A stretch of DNA of 64,000 bases, from assembly GCA_044892525.1 (NCBI GenBank), contig CM097887.1, positions 88,390,397 to 88,454,396 of the forward strand, given 5' to 3'. The position numbers and the translations under genes were made by a program. How positions within the stretch are numbered: the first letter of the stretch is position 1; each line of letters opens with the position of its first letter. This document shows positions 1-12,670 of the stretch, piece by piece. The stretch is from Schmidtea polychroa. Lineage: Eukaryota. The notes under the pieces were generated by a model, which did not search any database, was not told the origin of the DNA, and saw only the letters and a list, made by a program, of their open reading frames with translations.

Positions 1-2459
1 TAATAATAATAATAATAATTGGATAAATATAGTCAACATGAGAAATGAAGGAAAGAAAGATTCAATCAGAAATATTAGATAAGTTTCGAATTGGAATTAA
101 CAGAACCTATTTTAGATCGAAAAACATTCAATTAATAAACAGTATAAATAGATTACTTTAAATTATGTTTTAATAATAAGTTCAATTATTATAAATAAAT
201 GGATTGGCCACCGCTAGGTCCATCCCCACCTGCTGAGGATTTTCAACCTTAAAATTCTTAGTATTTTTATGTAGGTCAACTCAAAATTTATGATTTATGA
301 TCAACTTTAGAAACATTCCCCCGCTGATTCAAATACACATTATATAGTTTATTCACATTATACACATTATATAGTTTATACACATTATACATACAAGTCA
401 TACGTACATATTTTGGAGGTTGAAAAAGTGACTGTGTGTGTATGTGGCAATAAATAAGGGATATTTCAGCAACTTTTAAGAACAGACATAATTTTGTTAA
501 AATTTATTAAAAGTATGTATTTTAGGGTTCGAAATGTGTGTGCGTCTGTATATGAAAGCGTTAATATGGGGCAATTTAGAAGGAAAATAACAAATTAAAC
601 ATGTAAATTTTCACAGAAATCCTATTATCACCAGTTATATGTCATTGGAGAGATGAAGAAAATCTCTACCTGTAATTTTTTAAATCGGAGAAAACATATA
701 ATTTTGATCTACTTTATATCCTTGAATAGTTATTGTTAGATTCCAAATTTCTTGTTCGTTAAAGCTTGTTTCTGCAAAGCCATCATAATATATTGCATGT
801 CGATTATTGAAAAGAGCGTTGTGATTGCATTTCAGATTTGAATCCTTCTTTTTGAAAACTTCATCAATAGCTTTAATATCTATCATTTAGAGTTCCCCTA
901 CAAGGAATTGGAATTGAGTTTGATGTAGATTGATTGGATTTACCAATTACCATTGATTTCTTTTAAAATATTCATTATGTAGTTGTGAAACATCTGGAAT
1001 AGTTGCAAAAGTTGTTCAGCTACTTTTAGTTTCTCGGAGCTTGGATTTTTCTTGGTCATTATGAATTATGACCTACATAAGATTCGTAACGAGTTTTTAT
1101 ACCTTCAAAAGATGTAGATTATTCAATCAGAATTAACTAATTTGTCTATTTAATTTGCGCTCGTGGTGTATTCCTATTGTATTTGTGAATCTTTCTATAT
1201 TTATGCGATTAATATTATTCCTATTTTTATTATGTTAATATTGTATTATTATAATTTACCTTATATTTATAGTAATCTTTAGGTGGAAGTTAGGATTTTT
1301 ATTTAACTTATTAAAGCAAACTAAATATTTCTAGAACTTTTTACTCGGTACTTTTAAATTACGATTTCATTCTTCATACATTTCATTCATACCAACATTC
1401 TAAATTTATTATTTTAAATTTATAATTTATAAGTGTTTTAATTTTATTATTATTATCTCCCTATATATTAAAAACAAGAAAAATAAACATGAAAATTTAT
1501 TTCGAAATAATTTTTGAAAAATAAAATCGGCGATGAGCTTTTACCAAGCACCATTCCCCATATCGTTGATAGCGATCTACACAACTGCATCTGACTGTAC
1601 AACTGTATGCCTAACTGTATTCTAATAACATTCCAAAGTGATGGATCGTACATTGCTTCACTTTGGTGTCACTGTATTACCTATATACAGAGTATAGTGA
1701 GAAATATGGGTTGTTTGGATAAAACCTTGAATTGTGGTATAAGTCTTGAGGAATTCAAAACCAAATACTCATTTTTTACATTTATTTTTGGCCCATGATT
1801 CTGATTTAAACCAGAGTCAATTACGCGAATTGCAAATTTACGATTAGATATAAAGTTAATGTAAAAGTTATTTCTGAACCGGTGCATGTTATAATATATG
1901 GAGTATTTGAAAATGTGGTGCAAATTACTGCAAATAGAACAGTATTGGTATAAATGTATAAAGAAATTAGGATAAAGTTGTTATGGAATAAGTTTTTCAT
2001 ATATTATTTGATTTATTGATGTAGTTCTGTTTAGCTTGATCGAATTGGAAAATAAATATTAGAAAATGAGTTTGTTTGGGTATATCCATTGGATAAAATA
2101 CCATTTCTATGTAATAATAAGACATAATTGTCAATAAGCATTCATCTTAACTTGGTAGAGAACATTGGATTGAAATATATATGAAATCGAACAAAATACA
2201 TGTGTTTAATCCTATAGGTTTCTATTATCCGGCTTTATTGGTTTCGAAACTGCATACAATTGGGAAACCAATTGTGTATTATTAAACAATGTTTCAAAAT
2301 CCATCGACTCAATAATGCGGTCAGCACTGCTTAGCATGGTTATTGTACAAACGATTTGATGTTTAATAAATATTTTAAATTAATGCGTTATTTTTAATTT
2401 AATTTTTAATTTTGTCATTTTAATTTTTTATTAATATTTATTTGCATAAATAATACACA

Positions 2460-2614
2460 CCAGTGCATGAGTAACAAGGACTCGTGCAATACCAGTGCAT
2501 TATTAACAGGGATATATACGTGATTAACAAGGAAACATACACATACTCGATTAACAAGGAACTTGCATATCTGATTAACAAGAAGCCATGCACTGATACT
2601 CGATTAACAAGAAA
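2460..2614 (+). repeat. Dispersed short direct repeats (GATTAACAAG core) with variable spacers
   Basis: Exact GATTAACAAG at 2522, 2549, 2573, 2602; degenerate copies near 2469 and 2501; CCAGTGCAT at 2460 and 2492. Confidence 0.75.
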
Positions 2615-2695
2615 CATGCATACAAACTCAATATCTCTCACAAATTGTGTGCATTGCTATAATTAAATGTGCAAAACATTTGTGCTGCCTAATTA

Positions 2696-2919
2696 CCGTA
2701 TATACTCGTGTATAAGCCGATCCGTATATAAGCCGAAGTGAGTTTTTATAGTCAATTTTTTGTCCAAAATCAAGTACCCGTATATAAGCCGAGGTAAAAA
2801 ATAGCTAAAATCTGACTGGCAAAAAATATTGGTTTTTGTTACCCGTATATAATCCGAATGGAAAAAATTAGCTTAAAAAATTGGCCAAAATTTCTCGGCT
2901 TATACACGAGTATATACGG
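2696..2919. mobile_element. pogo/Tc1-mariner-type MITE
   Basis: Perfect 25-bp TIR CCGTATATACTCGTGTATAAGCCGA (2696-2720 / 2895-2919), TA on both flanks, internal repeats of CCGTATATAAGCCGA. Confidence 0.92.
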
Positions 2920-2929
2920 TATATGGGAG

Positions 2930-5358
2930 GATATGAAGTAACTCTATCTGAACTTTGTGAAAAATAGACGAAGGGTCAGTCCGAGCCCTGATAGAGGTCA
3001 ATCACCTGAAAACAGGAAAAGATTTGATAAAATGAGAAACAGAAATTTTGAAGGTAGAAACAATAGAAACAATTTTGATAGAGATAATCGTTATGAATAT
3101 AACTGAAATAATTTTTCTAGAGATAGTCGAGTCGATTTTAATAGAAATAATTCGAGAAATAATAGATATGATAATAGAAAAAACACATATGATTTGAGAC
3201 TTAGACAAACAAGTCCATATAGACAGAATTCATATAGAGAGAGGCGAGGAATAATGATGGTAGAAATAAGGTAAATTTTAATGGACAAATTAAATGTTAT
3301 AATTGCCAAAAATATGGCCACTTAGCAAAAGTATGTAATAATGCGCGAAGTGAATCTCCCAATAGAGTAAGATTTAAAAATGAGCCTGAGATAAAATAGA
3401 TTAATAGTGTTGAGTTGATATCGGCTAATGATGAGATAAATAGTTTGAGAGAGGAATTAAAGGAATTTGAAACTCAATATAGGAGACTTATTGAGAGGAA
3501 TGAATTTCAATGTTTTACAAATGACATAGATTTAGATAACGACGAGTTTCGAGAGGAGAGAGAAGAGGATGAGAAACTTACTTGCCGAAGCAAACAGATA
3601 TAAAGAATTAAAAGAGGACCTAAAAGAGACATTAGAGAAATGGCCTTATGATGATAATGAAACATTGCATATAATAAATAAAGTTCAAGTCGAAGGAATC
3701 GACTTAGAATGTTTGAGAAATTTGATACCACTAATGGTAAAGAGACAAAATATGACACGAGTATTTGAATTAGAAATAGAGTTGAAGGAGATGATAAAAT
3801 GTTATGGTGAATTTGTGAGGAAAAATAAGAAATTACATGAATCACTGAATATAACTATTGAGGCAAAGGACCTTTTGAGGATACTTATACGTAATACAGG
3901 GGTACACGTCTGCACAAAAGTAAACAAAGTGAAACAGTTGCTCAGAGCTAATTGGCCCGAAAAACTAGGAGATAATGATAAAGTTAAGTTGTATTTTAAC
4001 GGCGTAAATATATAATGGACTATGGAATAAATGTCATTGACAATAATATTATATCTTCTGTAGTAGAAAGACAAGAAAGCAATGAAATTGATACATTAAT
4101 TTCTTCGGTATAATTAAGCATAAACCCAATGAGACAACTGTATATTCGCCATACTTCTTAATGTTCCTAAGAGAGCCTGCGACACCGATTGATACAATTT
4201 TCGAGCCTTGAGTATCACAATATTTAGATGCACCAGATTACGTAACATTAATGCAAGAGATACTACAAGAGGTATATAAAGTTCAAATTTAAAAGTTAAA
4301 TTTAGACAAGAACAGTATAAGGCAGATTATGATAAAACTAGCAAACCTCATAATTTCAAAGTGGGAGATAAGATTAGACTTATGCCACCACAAGTAGATA
4401 AAGGCAAAACAACCAAATTAGCAAAACCATTCAAAGGACCATACGGGGTGGTAAAGGTAGTACAGGAAAATCTACATCTACAAAAACACAAAAATGAGGA
4501 TCCTATAATAGTACATGTTAACAAATGTAAATTATCAGAAAAAGAGTTGATAGAAAAACCACCCCAAAAATATAGACTACGATCACATAAAGCATTAATA
4601 ATGGCAGTAACATTTCTAATGATTATAGGGTTAAGCAGATCAACTGAAACAGAAAATAAAAACTTACACTCAATAGAGCATATGATAAGGAATATCTTAA
4701 TTAACATCTCACCTTATAAGGTTAAAGTATATAATCTAAATACATCGCCAATAAGAGATCTATATCTAGAAACAAGTGACAGTATACCTAAACTTATGAA
4801 AAAAAATGAGGATAGATCAACTGACGAATTTGAGAAAGGAAATAGTGTCGAATTCATAAACTTACAACCTGACACCAGTTACACTATCTCTGCACAATGG
4901 AGTACCTTAGTAGACACATCACAGATAAGATGCAAAAGAATAAGAACCACTATAGTAAACAGATATAAACCAATAGAGAAAATTATACCGACGACCATCA
5001 TAACAACAACTACCATAAATTCAATATCCACCCAACAATCATCACAAACATAAACAGGGAAACGATATATAAACCTGTCAGACAAATATATAAAAAATTG
5101 ATAAGGGTAGATATACAAGATACACCAAAACAGTTCGAGGAAAATCTCATAAAATTACTTACGGGGAAACTAATAGTTATAAATAACTGGAAGGAATTAT
5201 AAGCTTTCCAAAATAAGACAATTAAGTCACAATGGCCCTTTTATGTAATAGCTACGAGTGTGTTATCATTTGCAATTTTAGCAATAGTTACTAGAATACA
5301 AGTCTATAAGAAGTACAAGTGGAAATGGCAGCGGTATCGGCACCGACTGGTCAAATAA
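2930..5358 (+). mobile_element. Decayed, internally deleted Ty3/gypsy element (gag knuckle, protease trace, integrase C-terminus, extra membrane-protein ORF)
   Basis: CCHC knuckle CYNCQKYGHLAKVC (3295-3336); protease-like IMDYGINVI near 4015; integrase-like NETTVYSPYFLMFLREPATPID near 4125-4190; GPY/F motif KPFKGPYGVVKV in ORF 4361-5053. No RT/RNase H seen and LTRs not delimited. Confidence 0.8.
4601..5358 (+). pseudogene. Signal peptide + FN3-like domain + Thr-rich stalk + TM + basic tail (env-position ORF; one frameshift, one stop)
   Basis: MAVTFLMIIGLSRS leader in frame with integrase; VEFINLQPDTSYTISAQW FN3-like motif; frameshift near 5030-5050; TAA at 5200; WPFYVIATSVLSFAILAIVT followed by RIQVYKKYKWKWQRYRHRLVK-stop. 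Confidence 0.6.
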
Positions 5359-5865
5359 GTACCAGGGCATTTCCACTTAGGCAAATATATCCCTGGACAA
5401 TATACTCTGTCCACACTGGTATAATAATTTCAAAAAATATGTAAATTGGTCAATGATATATATTAGTATTTATATAATTGTGTATAGAGTAAAACCTTTA
5501 ATGCGCAACAAACATAAATATTTACTTTTTGTTTTTAGAAAAGTGATACAATCAAAACAAATGCAATTCAATTCAACCAATCAAATGCAGTGCAATCCAA
5601 CCAGTTCCCAACAAAATTTACGAAATTCAGAAAGAAATAAACCCAAAAGACATGTACCAATGATTCACAAACATTATAATAGTTTCTATAAAAATCTTCA
5701 AAAGAAAGAAAAACGATGTAAAAATCAACGACTGGTTTAACCTACAAAAAAACTCTAAAAGATTCGTGAAAAATCATAAAATTTGAGTTGACCTATGTAT
5801 AATTTTAGTTGACCTACATAAAAATATAGAGATTTTAGGAAGAAAAAAATCCTCATTGGGGGGTT

Positions 5866-6061
5866 NNNNNNNNNNNNNNNNNNNNNNNNNNNNNNNNNNN
5901 NNNNNNNNNNNNNNNNNNNNNNNNNNNNNNNNNNNNNNNNNNNNNNNNNNNNNNNNNNNNNNNNNNNNNNNNNNNNNNNNNNNNNNNNNNNNNNNNNNNN
6001 NNNNNNNNNNNNNNNNNNNNNNNNNNNNNNNNNNNNNNNNNNNNNNNNNNNNNNNNNNNNN
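5866..6061. other. Assembly gap (others at 36589-36750, 40776-40925, 50124-50342, 50588-50788)
   Basis: Runs of N. Confidence 1.
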
Positions 6062-6063
6062 TC

Positions 6064-6714
6064 AGAGGTATAAAATTGACAGATTTGCACGTGAAACATT
6101 CTTTAATTGATGTCATATTTGCTAGTCAAGAAGGGCTAGGAAATTCCTTCGTATGGGTATTTGGATTGTTAGCCTTATATCCAAGTATTCAAGAAAATAT
6201 TCGGGCAGAAATTAACAAATTCAGAGATGACAATAATGTCGAAGTAACCTTACACTGGAAGTCCAAGATGCCTTATACAAATGCTGTTTTATGCGAACTT
6301 CAAAGATTTGCCTCAGCTGATACCTTTACAGATTTTCATGCCACAATGGATGATATCAATATCGGACCATATGAAATTCCAAAGAATTCATTAATAGTTC
6401 TTAATCTCTATGCAATTCATCATGACAAAAAACGATGGAAAAATCCAGATATTATTGATCCTCAGAATTTTCTGAGCGAAGATGGGCGCACTTTTAAACG
6501 ACGGAAGGATTTTGTACCTTATGGACTCGGTTTACGAACTTGTGTTGGTAACACATTTTCTGAAAACGTTTTGTTTATTCTAATAATGCTATTGGTCGAC
6601 AATTACAAATTGGTATGGGGTAAAAATAAAAAACAGGAAATAATTGATGACAGAAACGCAGTTTTCATTCGGGATGTCGAACCATTCAATATCCAATTCA
6701 TTAGATTGAAATAA
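6064..6714 (+). CDS. Cytochrome P450, C-terminal half (clan 2-like); 5' part lost in the N-gap
   Basis: K-helix ELQR (ExxR), meander DPQNF, heme motif FVPYGLGLRTCVG (Cys at 6541); frame stays open back to the gap. Confidence 0.93.
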   Translation, partial: RGIKLTDLHVKHSLIDVIFASQEGLGNSFVWVFGLLALYPSIQENIRAEINKFRDDNNVEVTLHWKSKMPYTNAVLCELQRFASADTFTDFHATMDDINIGPYEIPKNSLIVLNLYAIHHDKKRWKNPDIIDPQNFLSEDGRTFKRRKDFVPYGLGLRTCVGNTFSENVLFILIMLLVDNYKLVWGKNKKQEIIDDRNAVFIRDVEPFNIQFIRLK

Positions 6715-7009
6715 TATGTTTAAAAAACTTACTCATTGATTTTTTCTTATTCTTTTTTCTATAATTAATTTATTAGAAAACAATCACAAATTTTGTTATT
6801 GTAGAGAATTATCAATTAAAATAAAAGATTTTGAGTTGTTTTATGTAATTATTTGAAATATTGAAAACCTAATTTTTTGAAATTACTTTTAAAAGTATTT
6901 TAATTTGTTTAAAAAATTGTATTTTGTTGAAGCATACCAAGTGAACTGTAGTGATGTCTCACTCTTATAAATTAAATACTGCTTAAATTAAACGAGATTA
7001 AATTAACTA

Positions 7010-7717
7010 CCGTATTTTTCGGACCATAAGATGCACTTAAAATCCTTTCATTTTCTCAAAAATCGTCAGTCGCATTATAATGCGGTGCGCCTAATCGATG
7101 GTTGTGCTTTCTGACCTAGAACCGATTTTACACCTAAATCCGAAATGTAAAAGTTTCTAAGAACTCCAGCCGCTAGATATTTATGTCAATAGGTCGTTTA
7201 AAGTTAAATTGCGAGCTGCGTGGGAACATTGGATGACAGAAGGTGAAGACACATTCACCAAGACAGGAAGGCAACACCGAGAAAGTTACGCCACTATCTG
7301 CCAGTGGATCGTGTATACCTGGGCGAAGGAATCAATCTCCAGTGTCATCCGAGCTTTCAAGAAGGCCGGAATCATCACTGAATAGCTAAGTAACAACAAC
7401 GAGACTGACTCTAATAATGATAATGGGAGGGATCCGGGCATGCTTGATGACAAAATCGCCCAACTGTTAAACTCAGACACTGAAGATGAAGAATTTAATG
7501 GATTTTTGGTAGAGGAATAGAATAAACCAAAGAAGTCAGTGTATCGTTTTGTATTTTATGTGTGTAACACTGACAATGTTGAGAGTTATTGTGAAAGAGT
7601 TGAATAAAGTTTGACTTATCGGAATTTTGTGTCATTTAATGTGTACGCCTTATGTGTGAAAATAAAACCGTTAGCAGTCGATCAATGATATTGCGCCTTA
7701 TGGTCCGAAAAATACGG
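7010..7717 (+). mobile_element. Internally deleted pogo-family DNA transposon
   Basis: Perfect 21-bp TIR CCGTATTTTTCGGACCATAAG, TA TSD (7008-9 / 7718-9); transposase C-terminus LQPLDIYVNRSFK...AFKKAGI...SDTEDEEFNGF. Confidence 0.92.
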
Positions 7718-8600
7718 TATGTCATATTGTGTTTGAGGTTTGGAGTACATTATAATAAAAGCTTATTTGACCCAAATTTAATGAAGATTTTGGCGAAAGT
7801 GCATGTCGAAAATAACATGCAGATATATCCGTAAGTCGATTTAAACTTAAACACGTAAAAAATCATCAATTAAACAAATTAGCCAACAAAACCACCAGTA
7901 ATACTATTTTGTTTGTTATGTAAATTTGGCTGTTTCTTTTTGATATATTAAATATAATAGTTATTATTGAATTCGAATGACGGATGAATGATGTAGTGCT
8001 AGAGCGGAAGCACAATTAACTCTCATGATAAATATGTCGTTAAACCTAATTAATTATTAAGTCAGTTTAGGGGGTGACAAAGTGAAAACTTTATCTCTCT
8101 TTTTCGAATTTTTACTAAAAATAATCGAAAGATCCCTCACTAATTTGAATATAGTTGAATATGATGGCACTTGTGACGGATCTGGCTTTATAATATCGTA
8201 TTTTGATTGAGGTTACAATCTTTTCGTTAGAGCTCCAGTGACACCATTTTTATTCTATGGAAAAAATAATCGGATGTAGCAACAGTTTTCGTCTGTTAAG
8301 TTACTTCTCTGTTGTGTTTCTTCATTTTCGTTTATGTAGTTCTTGAATGGGTTTCTTAAGTATGATCTATTTCCAATGTATAAGTTATTATTGTTATTGG
8401 ATCTGATGTGTCTTTCTTTTCGGTCGGCTAATTCTCTTTTCATGGATGTTTAAAGTAATTAATTATTTAATTATAGAAATTTATTAATAATACAAATCAC
8501 TACAAATTTTTCATATAAATATAAGGTCAAGTAATTGTCCAGTTCGATAACAAAATAGTTTGAGACTACATTTGCATAGAGACAGATATTGTGCTTATTG

Positions 8601-9227
8601 TTAAGTGACCAGATATCCTTTATTGGAATGCGGAACATGTTCAAATCAAAACTGCCTAATCCGGGACTTCTGGCTACTTTATACTAGTGATATGTATAAA
8701 TACACACTAATAATGTGTGCATTATGGAATAATATGACAAGAACACTATTCTTCACTAAAAAGTGTGTAAATTGCATATTTTCATTTTTAAAAAGAATGT
8801 ATACTAATTATTTAACCATATGTATATCTAATCATATTGTACACAACTTACAAAAAACAGAAGGAAGAAGAAACCAAAAAACCTTTTTCGGACACAATTA
8901 TAAAAAAATTTTTAACTTTGCACTTTTGTTTTGTACACTTAAACTTTTTAAACTGAAATAGCAATTATAGAAATAGATTTTTTAAATACTTAAGCAATGT
9001 GAATTCGCTAAAAGCTCATGACATACTTGAATTGAAACATTTAAATTTTTGAAATCAAATAATTGTTAGTAGTTAAACCAAAGCAGTGTTATTTAATTGG
9101 AAAAGTTACTTTACAAATAGATAGCAATAATAAGGTAAGGTGTGCAATACGGGACACTTTCCGGGACAATTTTCAATGCAAGAAATCCGGGAAAGTCCTG
9201 CATAATCTGGGACGTCTGGTCACTCTA
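8601..9227. mobile_element. hAT-type MITE (old)
   Basis: 18-bp TIR with 14/18 match (TAGAGTGACCAGACGTCC type); 8-bp TSD GCTTATTG/GTTTATTG (7/8). Confidence 0.65.
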
Positions 9228-10825
9228 GTTTATTGTGATTACATTTCAGCAACTAATTAGTATAAATTCAAAACGCATAAATATCGAAAAAGCTGAATTT
9301 TGGAAATACAAATTTCAACTGCATAACTATTGACTAACAGAGTTTAGGAAACATTTTAGAACATTTGAATTCGTGGAATTCAACAATCCAGGATAATTGA
9401 AGATATTAGCTCTCTAAAGTTAACATACCTTTATATCTAACGTTACGCAAATTTTACAGAACAGGAATTAATTATCAATTCTATTGATTAAATGCTTCTG
9501 ACAGTTGGTAGAACTTGTTGTAGAAGAATGACACTTAGACAACAGCTTTCTATGGGAACTGATTTGTCAAGTTTTCTTATTTTTTAAATTTAATACTATA
9601 AATTCCTGTTTGTATTTTTAATTTTCTAATTAGAATTTTGTACATCAAAGCGAGTGATGTCAGAATCTAATTTAAAACAACAATATTTGTAATGGGGACG
9701 ATTGAGAGATAGGGCGCAGCATATTTTATGGTAACACTGGGAAACCAAAGGTAATTCAAGGTATTATATTCAAGGTATTATATTATTAGTCCTTGAAATT
9801 AGACTCACTTTTTGATAACGGCTACCAACTAATGTACAGGACTAGCGTCGTTAGCAACGGGTACATGCTGATGATCAATGATTATGCGATGTTACGAATG
9901 GGAAAATGAAGAGAAGCGAGTTACGACCGAAAAGGTGTGATACAAACAAGCACAGAAAGCGAAATTTTCCCTGATCTTAATCTACTAATTGAATGTGAGT
10001 TTACTGGGTTTCAATAAGGGTAATTTTTTTCTTTTTTTAGTTGAGTGTTTTCATCTATTTTACTAAGTGCTCATTAGTAGTATAGGTTTTCATTCGACAT
10101 GTTTGATGGATTTAAGTTCGAGGCTATTTGTTTCATTTATTGTATATTTTTAAATTACAAAATAAGGTTATTGAAAGGATATGGCTGTGTTTCACTATCA
10201 TTCGTAAAGCTATCTATGACAAACTTAAAAGGTGTAGTAATAAACATGACGGGGTGTGATCTTGTTATGTTTTACCTTCTGATATCAATTGCGTTATTGT
10301 ATTTTGCATGAATGTAGTTTGTGCGGTTTTTAGCCTCGGAGTTGCTTACCGGTTCCCATCCAAACTACATAGCACTTGTTATGAATTTGGCTTTATAATA
10401 TCGTATTTTGATTGAAGTTACAATCGTTTCGTTAGAGGTACAGTGACAGCAATACTGGTAACCATGAATATACAACTATGTCGGCGGACACAACCCAACA
10501 TCTTTATTGTGCCATATGTTGGGCTAGAGTTGAACAATTGGGAGCTTGTCTGAATGTGTAGAAATATATAGCGTGGAAATCACACCAAGTCGAATCAAAA
10601 TCTATGGTTTACATCAAATAATACAAACTTAAGTACACAACACCTTGAAGATAAATAAATACGTATAATAAAAACGGTAAACGAAAGAAGTTACAATCAT
10701 CAACTTAGTTAAGGAAGAAACATTGAAACCAGAAACCTTCCAACTCGAAAATAAGAGAACCATAAATAAAAGAACGAATTAATAAGATCAAAAATTAAGA
10801 ATGATTATTGGTCGTACTTCCATAC

Positions 10826-11587
10826 TTTAGGATGAATGTAAATAATACCTATTTGAAATTATATAATATTTATGCATGTTGAATTTGTATGGCTGAATAT
10901 TATGTAATGTATGTCTGGGTGTGATAAGTGCGGTATTGTATTATGTATTTATGTGTATACAATATAATTAGTTCCCCCTGAGTCAGTGGTTCTCAAACTT
11001 TTTTGATCACGACCCAAATTTTTGACATTTCATGCCAAAAATTTTATTGCGACCCACATGACAAAGATTAAATAAATTTAAAAGGCTTAAACTTCCAAAA
11101 TTTATATTTGTAGATCTTTCCATAAGTCATCGCGACCCACCAAAAATTCTTTCGCGACCCAAAAATGGGTCGCGACCCATAGTTTGAGAAACACTGCCCT
11201 GAGTGATAATCCGTTTTTAGTTGATAATAAATCTTGTCTCCAAAGTCTTTCATCATGGCGATCAAGCCAGGACCCACGATAAATAACCAATTAAATGCTT
11301 TTATTCCAAAGTCAAAAATCTTTACCATTGGAAACCGTCTGGACATTTTCTTAGAAAAACTTAGATTTTATTATTTAACTCAAAAATTGCAAAGAGCATT
11401 CATAAAAGCATTCATAAGAGCATTCATGTCAACAAAAGTGGGTAAATTATATGAAGTCAATGAAGAAATTGAAGGTTATGAAGAAAGATTCAGAATCACC
11501 TTTAAAAAACTTTCAAATTTAGGAAGAGATTTAAATGAAGATATTTTATACAAACAAGGTAACAAATTAATTCAAGATTTTTTATGA
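10826..11587 (+). mobile_element. LTR + PBS + gag N-terminal fragment of a gypsy family (also at 22.8-23.5 kb and 62.3-63.4 kb)
   Basis: LTR ends CA at 11255; PBS TGGCGATCAAGCCAGGA (resembles tRNA-Arg 3' complement); ORF from ATG 11255 similar to 63044-63355 and to the start of the 51198 Gag. Confidence 0.75.
10984..11196. mobile_element. hAT (Charlie-like) MITE nested in an LTR
   Basis: TIR CAGTGGTTCTCAAACT (15/16); perfect 8-bp TSD CCCTGAGT (10976-83 / 11197-204); internal GGGTCGCGACCC palindrome. Confidence 0.93.
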
Positions 11588-11891
11588 CTATTGATCGATA
11601 GAATAAAATTTAAATGACTTATAAAATTGTTGGGTTAGAACCGAAAATTGAGAGCTTGTTTTAATGAGTCGGAAATACATAGCATAAAAACAGCACCAAG
11701 TTGAATTAAAATATATGATCATACACCAAACAATACAAAATAAAGTACACAACAACTGAGAATAAATAAAACACGTATAATAAATTCAAGAAACGCAAGA
11801 AGTTGCAATCACCAACACAGTTAAGAGAAATAACGCATTCGAAAAATCTGCCAACTGGAAATTAAAAGAATAAATAATAAAAATTAGGAAT

Positions 11892-12031
11892 GATTATTGG
11901 TCATATTTACATACGAAAGACCATAATCAAATTAGTAAAGAATTATTATTAGTCGTATTTACAAACGAAGGACCATAATCGAATAGATTAAGGATATTAT
12001 GGCTCGTATTTACACACGAAGGAGCTATGGT
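11892..12031 (+). repeat. Three tandem ~52-bp units, each a hairpin with a conserved loop
   Basis: Units at 11892-11928, 11944-11980, 11996-12031; shared core TATTTACANACGAA flanked by complementary arms. Confidence 0.7.
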
Positions 12032-12670
12032 AGAGTACAAATTAATTTTGTTGACGCTATATCTTGGTTATATTTATAAATCTAAATTAGTTCCACTAAT
12101 TGCCAACATTTTAAATGCAGCAGCAACCATCTCTTGTAGAAAACGAACCAGTGATCAAACTCGACACATACTACCTATAAATCATCGCAAACTACTGTCA
12201 AATAAAGTAAATAAATAAGCAACCAAATTAAATCAATTGTTTGTCAATCTGACTTCAAAAATATTAACTGCGATTCAATTCCCTTTAGGAAATATATAAT
12301 TACAAACACTAAAATATCTCTGAAAAACATAATGAGTAAATTATGCTGCTACAAATTTTGATTACTGAAACTGGCTATTCAAAAATTATTCAATTTAGTT
12401 GTTGAAATTATTGTTAAATTTCAGGACTCATGATCGATAGGTATGTGCCGAAGGAAAAGTCGATATTGTATAATAAAAAGTATCCCGTCTATGTGGGAAT
12501 AAATCACACAAAACAAAATTAGCCATATATGAAATTTTATGACATTTATCTAGCTATCATTAATAAATAAAATTTATAATAAAATCAATATAATTTATTT
12601 TCATCAATCGTTTAAATAAATAAATATATTTATGCAATGAATTTAATCTTTATTCCATTTCAACATATTT

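Larger units (their letters stand above)
10519..11905 (+). repeat. Two diverged direct repeats (about 10519-10815 and 11630-11905) flanking an LTR-gag remnant
   Basis: Collinear by-eye alignment with many shared blocks (AAGTACACAAC, CGTATAATAAA, GAATGATTATTGGTC); part of the upstream region also recurs near 8166-8246. Confidence 0.7.

Noticed and set aside
680-886. Possible non-LTR retrotransposon endonuclease fragment (GFAETSF...TIQGYK)
   Set aside because: Weak motif resemblance only; no further LINE motifs nearby.
1450-2350. Possible host exons (Cys-rich or TM-like short frames)
   Set aside because: Frames contain stops and no consistent exon chain or recognisable domain could be built.
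2460-2614. CRISPR-like repeat-spacer array
   Set aside because: Repeats are only ~10-12 bp, spacers short, context eukaryotic, no cas genes.
218-5865. Inverted pair (about 230-300 and 5770-5855) as TIRs of one large element
   Set aside because: Short diverged match, right copy runs into a gap, no TSD; more likely two copies of a dispersed repeat.
9868-9910. Second hammerhead at CTGATGA
   Set aside because: No stem II followed by GAAA and no flanking stem I.
10335-10375. 5S rRNA-like TGGATGGGA motif on the minus strand
   Set aside because: Only ~9-10 nt match; the rest of 5S is absent.
11630-11905. Antisense hydrophobic ORF resembling a GPCR fragment
   Set aside because: T-rich strand gives hydrophobic translations by composition; the frame has stops and differs between the two copies.
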